Assembly: GCA_010093705.1 (NCBI GenBank)
Contig: MU006097.1
Location: 631,905 to 695,904, forward strand
Direction of reading: 5' to 3'
Origin: Patellaria atrata CBS 101060
Taxonomy: Eukaryota
Length of the DNA: 64,000 bases
A program made the position numbers and the translations under genes. Of this stretch, positions 1 through 11,568 are shown piece by piece. The notes beneath the pieces were generated by a model. That model was not told the origin of the DNA. It saw only the letters and a list, made by a program, of their open reading frames with translations, and ran no database searches. Numbering within the stretch: the first letter of the stretch is position 1; every line of letters starts with the position of its first letter.

Positions 1-865
1 GTCTTTCCAATAGCCGTAATAGACATGCCCAGTGATCACCTTTCAGAATCTTTTGTCGTTCTTTAGCATTCTCTGGTAACTTGGGTAAACCAGCAAAATG
101 GGCGAGTACAATCTTCGCACGGAACCTATCCACAATTTCTTCTAGGGCAGGCAACATGTCTAGTCCAACATATAAATCCAGACACCAGTTTTCCATCCTA
201 CGAATCGCGAGATCGTGGGAGTAAAGTATATTTTGGAATAGCTCTTTCAACAAATATGGGTCTTCAACTGGCTGAAAATCAAAGCTTGATTTGATCTTAT
301 CCCATGACTTGATGTGCTTAATATGGGATACGTCACGTTTCCAGAACTCATCCGATTTCAGATTAATCCTTAAACCACGGACACCAAGTTTGTGCCATCG
401 TTTGAGTGAGGAGTCTTCCACTTCCTTCCTCGTTGAAGTATACAGCTTTGGTAAGGAGAGGGATACTATCCCCCTAGCGCGATGAGTGCCTAGTCCTTTG
501 AGCGCTGCTAACAGGCAATTATTCCAGGTTGTGTATGTGGATGGCTGTACCAATACGACATTAGGAAGATTCAATCTTTCAGCATTCTTCAGGGCATCCG
601 GCAATAGCGCGTCATGAGGTTGGTAGCTGGCGTGTACGTTGATTGGGAATTTCTTTGTATCTGTGACATGAATATGACAGTCCCAAGCATCCTTAGGAAT
701 TGAAAGATTGTGATTCTTCTGTGATTCTTGCGAAACAGACCTTGTGGTGTGAAGCTTCTGGAGATGATAACTCACAGGGAAGCTTGGGCAGCATTTTGAT
801 CGCGATGAATGTTTGAACCGGTTTCTTGCAGCGAAAACTATGAAGTGATGCGATTTCTTATCCAT
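1..865 (-). CDS. Amidohydrolase-2 family TIM-barrel hydrolase (LigI-like); 3' end runs off the window
   Basis: Not in the ORF track; translated by hand. Open frame from ATG 865 reads ...IPKDAWDCHIHV...VVLVQPSTY..NNCLLAAL...RARGIV...WHKLGVRGLRINL, the typical DxHxH, VQPS and GVRGxRxN motifs. Start codon uncertain. Confidence 0.8.
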   Translation of the reverse strand, partial: MDKKSHHFIVFAARNRFKHSSRSKCCPSFPVSYHLQKLHTTRSVSQESQKNHNLSIPKDAWDCHIHVTDTKKFPINVHASYQPHDALLPDALKNAERLNLPNVVLVQPSTYTTWNNCLLAALKGLGTHRARGIVSLSLPKLYTSTRKEVEDSSLKRWHKLGVRGLRINLKSDEFWKRDVSHIKHIKSWDKIKSSFDFQPVEDPYLLKELFQNILYSHDLAIRRMENWCLDLYVGLDMLPALEEIVDRFRAKIVLAHFAGLPKLPENAKERQKILKGDHWACLLRLLER

Positions 866-1056
866 ATCAATTAATACAGTACTCGGATTGTGAGTTGGGG
901 TCGGTATGCCCAAATGGGTTCAAGGTTGCGGAGGACCGACTGCTCGAGAAGTCTGCGGAATTCAAAAAGTTCGCCCACCAAAACCTCAATAAAATTTTAA
1001 CTGTGAGCAAATTTAACACCGTACAACTCACGCAAACATCCACAAGGCTTCTCATA

Positions 1057-2579
1057 ATGCCGAAAACTCTCACATCCTCGGACCCACGGCAGGAAAAGCG
1101 GCATAACCCCCTAACAGAAGAATATGCGCCATCGGATCCCTTCAAGAGAAAACCCGCAAAACGGAGGAAGTCTCTAAAAGACTCAGAAGACAACGAAGAG
1201 CATTATGTAGATTCAAAAGCTTCGAGAAGGATTCTTCAGATTGGACGTGAGCTTGCGGACGAAGATGAGCTAGAACGACAACCCAAAAGACCGATCCCGG
1301 CCAACACCGCTTTCTCGTTTGAATCACGCTTTCCGGGTGAGGAAGAGATAGAGGAGGAGGTGGGAGATTTTGACGATGAGGCGTGGGGAGATGAGGAAGG
1401 CGAGGAAGTAGAAGAGATCGTAAGACTCAAGAACATACAATACTCAAACTCACACATTTGCTAACAGTGGGGTAGGAAATTGACCCCAACGACCTCGAAA
1501 CCTTCAACCGCTTCATACCCTCCTTCGACGATCCCATTCTACGCCCCGATGATCCTCCTTCTCAAGGTACAGGAATTAATCTCGCAGACCTTATTCTCGA
1601 GAAGATCGCGCAACACGAGGCTTCCACCCAAAACCGAAACGAAGGCCCTTCCGCTGACCCAGTTGACGCTCCCCCTTTCCCTACCGAACTTCCTCCCAAA
1701 GTCATACAAGTCTACACGCAGACCGGCCTCCTCCTCTCCCGCTATAAATCTGGTCCCTTACCCAAACCTTTCAAAATCCTCCCCACTCTCCCTCACTGGG
1801 TCTCGCTCATCCAACTCACCCGTCCTGAAAAGTGGACCACCAATGCTCTTTCGGCGGCGACACGTCTTTTCGTCTCCAGTCCCAAGCCCGTAGTTCAGCC
1901 TTTCCTGACGCACATCCTCCTCCCAGCGATTCGAGAAAACATCTATGAGACCAAGAAATTGAACGTCCATCTATATACCGCGCTAAAGAAAGCTTTATAC
2001 AAGCCTGCAGCGTGGTTCAAAGGCCTGCTGTTCCCAATACTCACGAGCGGGACTGCGACGCTAAGGGAAGCGCATATCATCTCCTCCGCCTTGGCGAGGG
2101 TGAAAGTTCCGGTGCTACATTCTGCGGCAGCGTTGTATAGACTATGTGACATTGCAGCCGAGCAGATGAGCGGTGACCCTGAGGCAGCCGGTGCGACGAA
2201 CGTATTCATAAGAGTATTGTTAGAGAAGAAGTATGCGTTGCCATATAAAGTCGTCGATGCGCTGGTGTTTCACTTCTTGCGGTTTAGGGCTGTTGAACAA
2301 CCTGATGATATGACGGATATTGGTACTAAGGGCTTTGCGGAGGGGAAACTCCCAGTCATTTGGCATCAGACTCTCCTGGCATTTGCGCAGAGATATAGGA
2401 ATGATATCACGGAAGACCAGCGGGAAGCGTTACTGGATTTAGTGCTGGTGAGGGGGCATAAGGCGATTGGACCGGAGGTGAGAAGGGAGTTGTTGGAAGG
2501 GAGAGGGAGAGGAGTTGTTGTGCCTGAGGAGGGTCAGAGGGAAGGAGGGGACGATACTATGGCCATGATTGTGGATTAG
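1057..2579 (+). CDS. ENP1: Bystin / pre-40S ribosome biogenesis factor; exons 1057-1419, 1476-2579
   Basis: Motifs YKSGPLPKPFK, ALKKALYKPAAWFKG, LLEKKYALPYKVVDALVFHF, LPVIWHQ, IGPEVRREL. Intron GTAAGA..CTAAC..TAG (1420-1475) restores the frame. Confidence 0.95.
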
Positions 2580-2856
2580 GTTGGGTTAAGGAAGAGTGAA
2601 TGGGAAGGGTATGGGTTAGTTAGGAAGTGATGCTGACGTAGATCTATGTCACAAGCAAAAGACAAACAGAACGTGAATGATATAAATATCGGCACGTGCT
2701 ATGCAAGAAATAACAATATAATTCCCAAAGTTCGTGCTACAGTTCGAATAAACTCATATTCACAACTGAATATCAAAATCTCTGCGCGCAACCTTAGTGG
2801 TCCACGTATCTCACCGCCTTTGGCAAAATAACGACATTGCTCGAAATACCATCATC

Positions 2857-4710
2857 ATGCCCCCAGTTGACCGCTCTAGCGCATTAAGAAAGGCAGTAAT
2901 GGCAGAAATACAACCGTTATCACGGAGCGCCACACCATCTGCAGCTCCAGCGCTCCGCAAACCCCTCGATGACGACCACACCCCCGCCGTATCCTCTCCA
3001 CTCAACCCAGACTCCTCCGCCAAAGCGCGTCCAAAAGCTGCACCACGCGAGCAACGAGACCGCCGCGAGACGGCTAAGAAGCGTGAATCGAATGCCAACA
3101 CGAGGGGAAACACACCGGATGCTCATAGCAAGACGAAAGGTCCGACGGTGCCGTCACCGATGCGCTACCAGATCGGGGAGCCGAAGCTGGCGGATTACGA
3201 GCCCCCGAAAGATCCAATCTTCGTGAGCCGCGAGCCGGTGCCGTTGATGACGCCAGATGGGGAGATCGAGTTGCGCAAGTTGATCGACCAGTGTGTACTC
3301 ACCATGCTGTCCTTTATACAGATTCTATGAATAAAAGCGTACTGACACATCCTTAGCGCGGAGAATAAGAGAGCATTCCGCTACACTCTTGGTATCGCCG
3401 ACCCACAATTCCGCCACAAACAGTTCTACCGGCAGTCGGACCACCCACCCTACAGCGCACGCATGAGCTTCGAGGACAGCGACAAGTGGATCTACTTCGA
3501 CTCCTCAGCGAGCCTTGTGACGAACGAGAAGGGGTGGCGCATGGGACGGGCCAACGTAGTCGCTCGCCAGGGGAGCTTATACTACGAGGTCAAGATCATC
3601 CGTGGTGTACCTGCCTCCGGTCCCCCGGTGCCGGCAGGACAGGAGAACATACCACAGCCGCACATCAGGATGGGGTTTGCAAGGCGTGAAGCGCCTCTGG
3701 ACGCGCCGGTGGGGTTTGACGGCTACAGCTACGGCATCACGGATATCAGATTCGACACCATGCACCGCTCACGGCCCGGAAAACTGTACAACGCCGTCGT
3801 CAAGGCCAAGAAAGGCCCGAAACCCAAATACGGCGCGAAACCCGAGACCGTCCCCGTCATCCACGACGACCACGTGCGTGAAGGCGACGTCATCGGCCTC
3901 GAGATCTCGCTACCTTCGCTCTCGCTACACCGCAAGGTTGTCGAGGGGATCTACAACCCCGCCGTTGACCTGGGCGACGGCTTCGACGACGATGCACTCG
4001 GCGATCCCGCCGCGGACATCATACGCGACCGCGTCCCCGTACCATACAAAGGAAACATCTACTTCGAGCAAGGCGAGTACCAATCGACCAAAGCCATGGA
4101 GTCCTACGGCGACCGCGGGCCCTTCAACACCATCGTTCCCGGCCCGAACCACGAGGACGTCGCGCTCCGCTCGCTCCCACACTCATCCATAAAGGTGTGG
4201 AAGAACGGAAAACGCATCGGGACCGCATTCGAGGGTCTCATCGCCTTCCTGCCGACCGCATCCGTCCCACTCGCCAGCAAAGACTGGCGCTCCGGTTTCG
4301 ACGACGGCATGGTCGGCTACTTCCCCGCCGTCGCGGCCTTCAACGGCGGTATCGCGCACGTGAACCTCGGTCCCGACTTCTGGTTCCCCCCTGACCACCT
4401 TGCTCCCTCCGCATCCTCGAATCCCGCCGCGACGGACGCAGATACCCCAATGCCTGACGCCCAGACGCAAGAAGAAAGAGCCAAAGAAGCGCGGAAGCTT
4501 AGACCCATGAGTGAAAGGTACAAGGAACAGATCGCTGAGGATGTCACGTGGGATATCGTCGACGAGACGGATTTCTTCGTCCAGGATGGCGCCTTCAGCT
4601 ATAAACCTCCCGTGAGCTCGGCGGTTTTGAGGGGAGGGGGAGGAGCGGCGGGAGCGGGAGCGGGAGCGGGGGTTGCGAGGGGAACAGTTGAAGCTGTGGG
4701 GGATGATTAG
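2857..4710 (+). CDS. BRE2: COMPASS/Set1 complex subunit Ash2/Bre2 (SPRY domain); exons 2857-3290, 3357-4710
   Basis: KGWRMGRANV, YYEVKI, HIRMGFARREAPLDAPVGFDGYSYG, GDVIG, GYFPAV, NLGPDFWFPP are Ash2 SPRY motifs. Intron 3291-3356 has a CTGAC branch site. Confidence 0.9.
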
Positions 4711-5707
4711 GTTCCTTTGGGCATAGGATGTGGATGGGATGGGAGGAGATAAAAAAGTGGGTTTTATGTACATAGCGCGGTGTCTGGCGTATTTCGATCA
4801 GCGAGCATATCAGCATTCAAGCACGGTGCAAAGGTATCATCATCACGGGTAGTATTAACGCAATCCTCGAAACTATCTATCCAGCTGCTTTGAGAACATC
4901 TTGATCTGAGTGTCGGTCACGAAGGAAGAGAAATCTGTGAGGTTGAGTATAGCTAACCTTGAGACACATGCACAAAAAGAGGTATTTATGTCGGAGCATG
5001 CAACCTAAATCATCTTGTGGTCTTGCTAGGTAGTCAAATGCTCGTGTTCTAAGCAGTAAAATAGTAGCTCCTCGTAGTACCACTTCACCGATTTAAGGGA
5101 TGATATCTGCATGTGATTCCTCTTAAACTTGCTGTAAGCAGCGGGTAAGCGGAGGCCTTTACGGTCCTCCCTCTACAGTTATTCGGAAGGAATAGGATAG
5201 ATTGATAGGAGGATTACGAGCAGGCATGTAAAGTATGAAAATTTTTATTTCCCTCAGAAAGTGGCTGCGGTGTTTGTTGATGGGCTGAAGCTGTTGAAGT
5301 GATGGCGTGCGAAGATTTATAACTGCTTGATATTGACTTTTTGGGGGGGAGGGGGTTGAAGGGGTGTAATTTTTGTATAATTGGATGCGAAATATGTATT
5401 TTACACAATCTGATGTGTTAGTAAAATTAGATCAATCAGTGTCCCATCTAAGCTTGAATATCCGAGAATAAACCAGATATTTCAATTGGTTGCGGAGCTT
5501 ATCGCAATTGTTGCTTGTTGCAAAAGTAAAGTTAGCAGCAAGTAAAAACCCGCAAGGAGTTTTGCAGGGGCCGACAAAGAAGCCGTCATAACGCATTCTT
5601 TTTCGCGAGCAGAATCTATTTCCTCTATTGCTTCTGATCCCAACTTAACAATCTTCAATCCTTATCCTATCTCTCCTTCATTCTTCAGTCTCGTTTCGTC
5701 CAATCTT

Positions 5708-7715
5708 ATGGCTGGAGCAGCTGCAATGCGGCCGCTCGCCTCGGCCAGCATCCTCAATACCCTCCGTCATGCTGGACGGCGCTCATTGGCGACCTCTTCT
5801 AGATCTCCATTGCTCACACGAGCTTCGCGGCCAGCTGCCAGGACGAGTTTGAACCGACTCGAGCTACAACAGAGCTTCCGAAGATTCGAGTCCAGCAAAC
5901 CCGTGGTTTCGGATGCAACAAAAGCAAAAGCAAAGAGAGGAGGTTTCCGAGTCCTTCGATGGACATGGCGTGCTATTTACCTCTCTGCGATAGGAGGCTT
6001 GGTGTATGCCGGGTATGGAATATGGGTCATGCGTAATCCAATGGATCAGGTCGAACCCGATCCGAGCAAGAAGACTTTAGTAGTTTTAGGTATGACTCCT
6101 TGGGCTGGGTGATAAAGAAGTAAGTCGAATCGACATTGACATTGTATAGGCACGGGCTGGGGATCAGTGTCACTGCTAAAGAATCTCGACACCGAAAACT
6201 ATAATGTAGTTGTTGTTTCGCCCCGAAACTACTTCCTATTCACCCCTCTGTTACCGTCTTGCACTACTGGTCTTATCGAACATCGCTCTATCATGGAACC
6301 CATTCGAAATTTCTTACGGCATAAGAAGGCTGCTGTCAAGTACTATGAAGCTGAAGCTACTAAAATCGATTACGAGAAGAAGATTGTGTATGTAAACGAT
6401 GAGTCAGAGATTAAGGGGGATGTCTCATCCACTGAGGTTCCTTTCGATATGCTCGTGGTCGGTGTGGGTGCTGAAAATGCTACATTTGGTAAGATAAATT
6501 CGAGCTTGATTCGATTCACTATCAAAACTAATCACTATCTGTCATGAAGGCATTCCTGGTGTCCGAGAACATGGCCTCTTCCTCAAGGAGGTTGGCGATG
6601 CTCAAGCAATCCGAAGGCGAATCATGGATTGCTGTGAAACTGCAACTTTTAAAGATCAACATGAGGATGAGATCAAACGTCTACTCCATATGGTTGTCGT
6701 TGGTGGTGGACCAACTGGAGTTGAATTTGCCGGCGAACTGCAGGATTTCTTCGAGTCTGATCTTAAGAAATGGATACCGGATATCAAAGATAACTTTCAC
6801 GTAACTCTCGTCGAGGCTCTTCCTAATGTGAGAATATCCGAATGTCTAATTGGTATATTCTACTCGTATAATGATAACTGACCATCAGCCAGGTCCTCCC
6901 TATGTTTTCCAAACAGCTAATTGACTACACGGAGAAAACCTTTAAAGAGGAAACTATCACAATCCGCACTAAAACCATGGTCAAGAAGGTTACGGCCAAA
7001 TACATCGAAGCTGAATCCACCGGTCCGGACGGTAAGAAGCAACTCGAGCAGATTCCCTACGGCCTCCTTGTCTGGGCTACCGGTAACGCCCTCCGACCCG
7101 TTGTGAAAGACCTCATGTCGCAGATTCCGGCTCAGAAGGACTCCCGCCGCGGTCTCGCCGTGAACGAATACCTAGTTGTTAAGGGGACCGAGAACATCTG
7201 GGCGGTCGGTGACTGTGCGATTGCCAATTACGCGCCGACGGCACAGGTAGCGTCACAGGAAGGTGCTTTCCTCGCTCGCATGTTCAATCAAATGGCCAAG
7301 ACTCAGGAGATTGAGTCTAAGCTAGCGGAGTGCAGCGAGGCACAGGAGAAGGCACCCTCGAAGGAAGCTCGCGACAGGGTTTTCCAAGAGATCAAGGAGC
7401 TACAGAAGCGACTACGGAGAGTCAAACAGATCGGACCATTCGAATACAGTCATCAAGGCAGTTTGGCGTATATTGGGTCTGAGAAGGCGGTTGCGGATAT
7501 CACCTGGTTGACGGGTAACTTGTCGACGGGAGGCACATTGACGTATTTCTTCTGGAGAAGCGCATATTTGAGCATGTGCTTTAGTAGTGAGTCTCCTATT
7601 TGCTTGAGCTATTGGTAAGACTGGATGACTGATTTGTACAGCACGTAACCGCGTCTTAGTGCTCATGGACTGGTGTAAGGCGAAGTTGTTCGGACGAGAT
7701 GTCTCAAGGGAGTAG
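5708..7715 (+). CDS. NDE1: Mitochondrial alternative (type II) NADH:ubiquinone oxidoreductase, NDE/NDI family; exons 5708-6089, 6150-6488, 6550-6827, 6893-7586, 7642-7715
   Basis: Arg-rich presequence; VVLGTGWG, SPRNYFLFTPLLPS, VVVGGGPTGVEFAGEL, WAVGDC, PTAQVASQEG, YSHQGSLAYIG, WRSAYL. Four canonical introns join in frame. Exact paralog assignment uncertain. Confidence 0.9.
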
Positions 7716-7720
7716 ATGCA

Positions 7721-7758
7721 ATCTATAATTGGAAAGATTATCTATAATTGGAAAGATT
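7721..7758. repeat. 19-bp tandem duplication ATCTATAATTGGAAAGATT x2 just after the NADH dehydrogenase stop
   Basis: Two exact copies at 7721-7739 and 7740-7758. Confidence 0.9.
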
Positions 7759-9616
7759 GAATAAGATACAAAAGTAAAGGGATGTGGAAGCGAGACCTAG
7801 AACGGCATTCATCAAAACATCATTTCGAGATAGAGAGGGTTCTCCTACTACACCACAGCTTGTCGACGGTTTTTAGGTACGTTCGAATTCGACTCAACTA
7901 GCGGCTATTGTACACTTCAAACAACCTCCATTCCCAATTCCGGTAGGTTTCCGATCCAGCGTTTTGTTCTCGAGAGCGGGGTCTTCTCCAGCCCTTTGTA
8001 TTTGGGAGGATAGATGGGATGATAGAGCCTGTACACTGTGATTCATCCCCGGGGAGGGGGGAGGGGAGTTCTCGTTTGGTTGTATACTCCTAAGGTTGTA
8101 AGGTGGTTGGGTAGAGTGTAGATGAAGGAAACTAATTGAGAATATAAGAGTCAAAGGGGTAGAAGTGAATTCGTGATATTTTTTATTTTAGCTTACCCAT
8201 CTCCTGGACACCGAGTCATATTTTCTTACCTTACTCTTGTCTTATGACTCCTGTAGCTCCTTTAGCTATTACTCATGAACTGGTCTTGTGATGGCCACAA
8301 AGTGGGAAACTAAGATTCAAAGAGCTTCCTCGGTATAGCAGGTATGTTCACCGGAGATTCCCCCCCAAGAGATAGCCAGATATTTAGTCTTCGGGCTTGT
8401 TCAGTAGTATATGAGAAGAGCGTAAATCATTGTCTCGCATAACGTAACATGTTTGGTTTGTTCAGAGGCCTACGGGTACAGGTACTGCCTCCGTTGTCGG
8501 ATATGTCGTGTCTGGGGAATACTGCATGCGCGAGCACTGGATCACTTGGGTTGAATATACCTACGGATGCCAGAGGTATATGTACTGTACTGTACGGATG
8601 TACTTGTATGAGTGCAGTTCTACCTCTCTCGGAGAAAGATGCACAGAGATGCAAGTAATATGATATGCGGGATTGAAAGTTTATTTAGTTCTGAGATAGG
8701 ATTGTCATGGTGGTGAGTGGGAGAGAAAAGCCGGCGGAAAACGCGCGATTCGTCTACATTTCTCTTATCTGTGACCTCCACTGTGACCTCCACTGTGACT
8801 TCAAGACTCCCAAGAGAAAATGACCACACATCTTCCATAATCTTATCTCCAACTCTTTGCTTTGTAAACACCCACACCCACACGGTATTACCAACGATGA
8901 ATCAAAAGCTCATCATCTATCATAAATCTGGGGTACAGTAACTCTAAAGATATTCCGTCCGATCTTGCCGTACATCAAGACATGGCCGTTGATGGGACTC
9001 CGCCTGCTGGATTGGGCTTGAGAATGCCATCTACGGAACTCTTCGCTCTTTGACAAACCTCTTCTTTCTTCCTATTCTTTCCTCTACTTTGCTTTTGTGA
9101 ATAGTTTAAACTCTATTCTCCATTCTTTTTATCGACTCCATAACTCCTATACATCATTTTCCTCCTTTGTTGTGTTTTTTGCGGCACAGTGTCTCTTATC
9201 TCATCTCCACCACTTTCCAGATTCCTCAACCGCCCGAAGGTGTTACTCCCACGCTTAGATCTACTTTTAATTCTTCAGATGTTATTGTCTATTGCTTCTC
9301 GTTAGACCACTTCCTTATTCCCTTCGTCAATCATCTGCGCTTTTCAACTCCTTGTTACCTATTGCTCATGTCAGCTGTATTACTCTTGTCAGTTGTATTA
9401 CTCTCTAAGACATCCCTAAGCGCGAAAAGTAAGAGGCATACCTCGTGGCTGAGCGCCTCAAGTCACAGCTGACACGGTGACTGCGCAAGCAGATACTCAC
9501 CACGACTTTATAACTGAAGAACTTCCATAACTTTGAATCGAGAATAAGAATATACCTTATATATAGGTGCCGGTATTGGCTTATCACGACATCCAGCCTC
9601 GCAATCCCACATCTTG

Positions 9617-11035
9617 ATGACAATCATGTCATCCTGGTTACCCCTCCAGAACCACGATTCGCAATTACCACCATACTGTGAACCAGCAAATGATTTTCTC
9701 CACGGATTCTCGTCTGTTTTTCACACCTGCGTGCCGACGAACCTCGCTTTTATATCCACCGTATTAGGGACGTGTAGTATCATATCTTGGCTGTTCGCCC
9801 AGGTACCCCAGATATACAAGAACTACAAGCTAGGCTCTACGGCAGGTCTGAGCATATTCTTCCTGGCGGAATGGTTCCTGGGAGACTTTTCAAACCTACT
9901 AGGCTCCCTCTTTACTGGTCAAGCTCTATGGCAAAAAATAGTTGCAGGGTACTACTGCACCGTTGACGTAGTATTGTTGGGACAATGGATATGGTATGAA
10001 TTGTTAAAACATGGGAACCCTTTAGTGAGGATATGGCGACCCGGGCCTGGAGGTCCAAGGATACAAGATATCGACGGCATGTCCATTACCAGCAGCGCCT
10101 CAACATCTACCTTGGCGGGTGTTCATCACTCAGAGAGCAAACCTATCCAACAATTGAACAGTAACAGTATGTTCCGTACGCCTCGATTCTCCTTCACACC
10201 CTCGTCGTGGTCTTCACAGGGTGGTGAGGAATCTAACCCATCTGCATCCAATACGCCTCCAACGAACCGTACCATCCGACGTTATGGCCCTCAACCCCAA
10301 TTCCTCTCCAGTTCTCCTGCTGCTTCCCCCAAGACAATATTGTACATTGCGCTTCTCCTTTCGCTTGCAGCTCCTTATACCAACGCGTCTCCGCTACACT
10401 CTCTTTCTGCGGCTCCGCGTCAAGCATCTGAAGAACCGGGGACCGAAATAGCCGGCCGTCTCCTCTCCTGGCTCTCCACCCTCCTCTACCTCGGCTCCCG
10501 TCTCCCCCAACTCCTTAAAAACCACCGTCGTAAATCAACCGCTGGTCTCTCACCTACACTCTTCATCGCCGCATTTTTCGGCAATCTATTCTACTCCTCC
10601 TCCCTCCTAACAAACCCAAACGCCTGGTCATCCTTCCCTCCTACCGCACGCAATGGTTCCCGCGGCTGGGTCGGTCGCGATGGCTCTGACAGGGAAGAAT
10701 GGGTTTCCAAAGCGGCCCCTTTCTTCCTCGGGGCTGCAGGTGTCTTGGTCATGGATGCAGCGGTCGGGTTCCAGTTTTGGTATTATGGCGAGGTGAGAGA
10801 GACGGCTGTGACGGTTGTGAAGGTCCGCATTGAAGGGCACAGAAGTAGGTGGAGGAGGGTTTCAGGGTGGATGAGGGGTTGGGTCCCGAGTCCGAGTGTC
10901 AGTGTCAGTAATAGTGAGGCCCCTACACCACGACCTGGAAGCGGAGCTGGAAAGGGGAAGAGTACGGCTGGTACGGGAGAGAGAGACGGTCTATTAGGGC
11001 CTGAGGGTGGGAGGGAAGGGTATGGTGGTGTTTGA
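9617..11035 (+). CDS. PQ-loop vacuolar/lysosomal cationic amino-acid transporter (Ypq/PQLC2 family)
   Basis: Two PQ repeats (FAQVPQIYKNYK..STAGLS; GSRLPQLLKNHRRKSTAGLS) and several hydrophobic helices. Start at ATG 9617 or 9626. Confidence 0.88.
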   Translation: MTIMSSWLPLQNHDSQLPPYCEPANDFLHGFSSVFHTCVPTNLAFISTVLGTCSIISWLFAQVPQIYKNYKLGSTAGLSIFFLAEWFLGDFSNLLGSLFTGQALWQKIVAGYYCTVDVVLLGQWIWYELLKHGNPLVRIWRPGPGGPRIQDIDGMSITSSASTSTLAGVHHSESKPIQQLNSNSMFRTPRFSFTPSSWSSQGGEESNPSASNTPPTNRTIRRYGPQPQFLSSSPAASPKTILYIALLLSLAAPYTNASPLHSLSAAPRQASEEPGTEIAGRLLSWLSTLLYLGSRLPQLLKNHRRKSTAGLSPTLFIAAFFGNLFYSSSLLTNPNAWSSFPPTARNGSRGWVGRDGSDREEWVSKAAPFFLGAAGVLVMDAAVGFQFWYYGEVRETAVTVVKVRIEGHRSRWRRVSGWMRGWVPSPSVSVSNSEAPTPRPGSGAGKGKSTAGTGERDGLLGPEGGREGYGGV

Positions 11036-11071
11036 GGGGTAATCTGTTCATTTTTGCGGGTCTTAGATCTT

Positions 11072-11171
11072 NNNNNNNNNNNNNNNNNNNNNNNNNNNNN
11101 NNNNNNNNNNNNNNNNNNNNNNNNNNNNNNNNNNNNNNNNNNNNNNNNNNNNNNNNNNNNNNNNNNNNNNN
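11072..11171. other. Assembly gap (100 N)
   Basis: Run of exactly 100 N, a typical placeholder; true gap size unknown. Confidence 1.
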
Positions 11172-11568
11172 TTTCGGACTGTGGACCCTATTTAGAGGAG
11201 CGATGGTGCATTTTTATGGTGTTGTTCATAGCGGCGTTTATGAGATGGGATGAGTTGCATGGTGCGGATATGGCGTTTATACTCTTATAGAGTGTTTGGG
11301 AGCATATATTGGGTCACAGTAGACCGGACATCTGACGGTGTCATAATATTGATGATTGATAAATCTTTTTATATTTATTTATTATGTGAATGGATTCGGG
11401 CTTGAGGAGTAAGAAATTGACTTCGACTCTTTGAGAATCATTCACTGAGCGGAGAGTGGAGTCGGGAAGCTCAAGCTCGAGATGGTTCATCTCGAAACAA
11501 TTTTCCTGAGCTCATCACCATCGTCATTCTGCTGCAGCAGAAGAACCACCACCGCAACCACCATCATC

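Noticed and set aside
7875..7900. GTTCGAATTC as a tRNA T-loop (also GGTTCGAG near 39276)
   Set aside because: No T-stem, acceptor stem or upstream A-box could be built around either.
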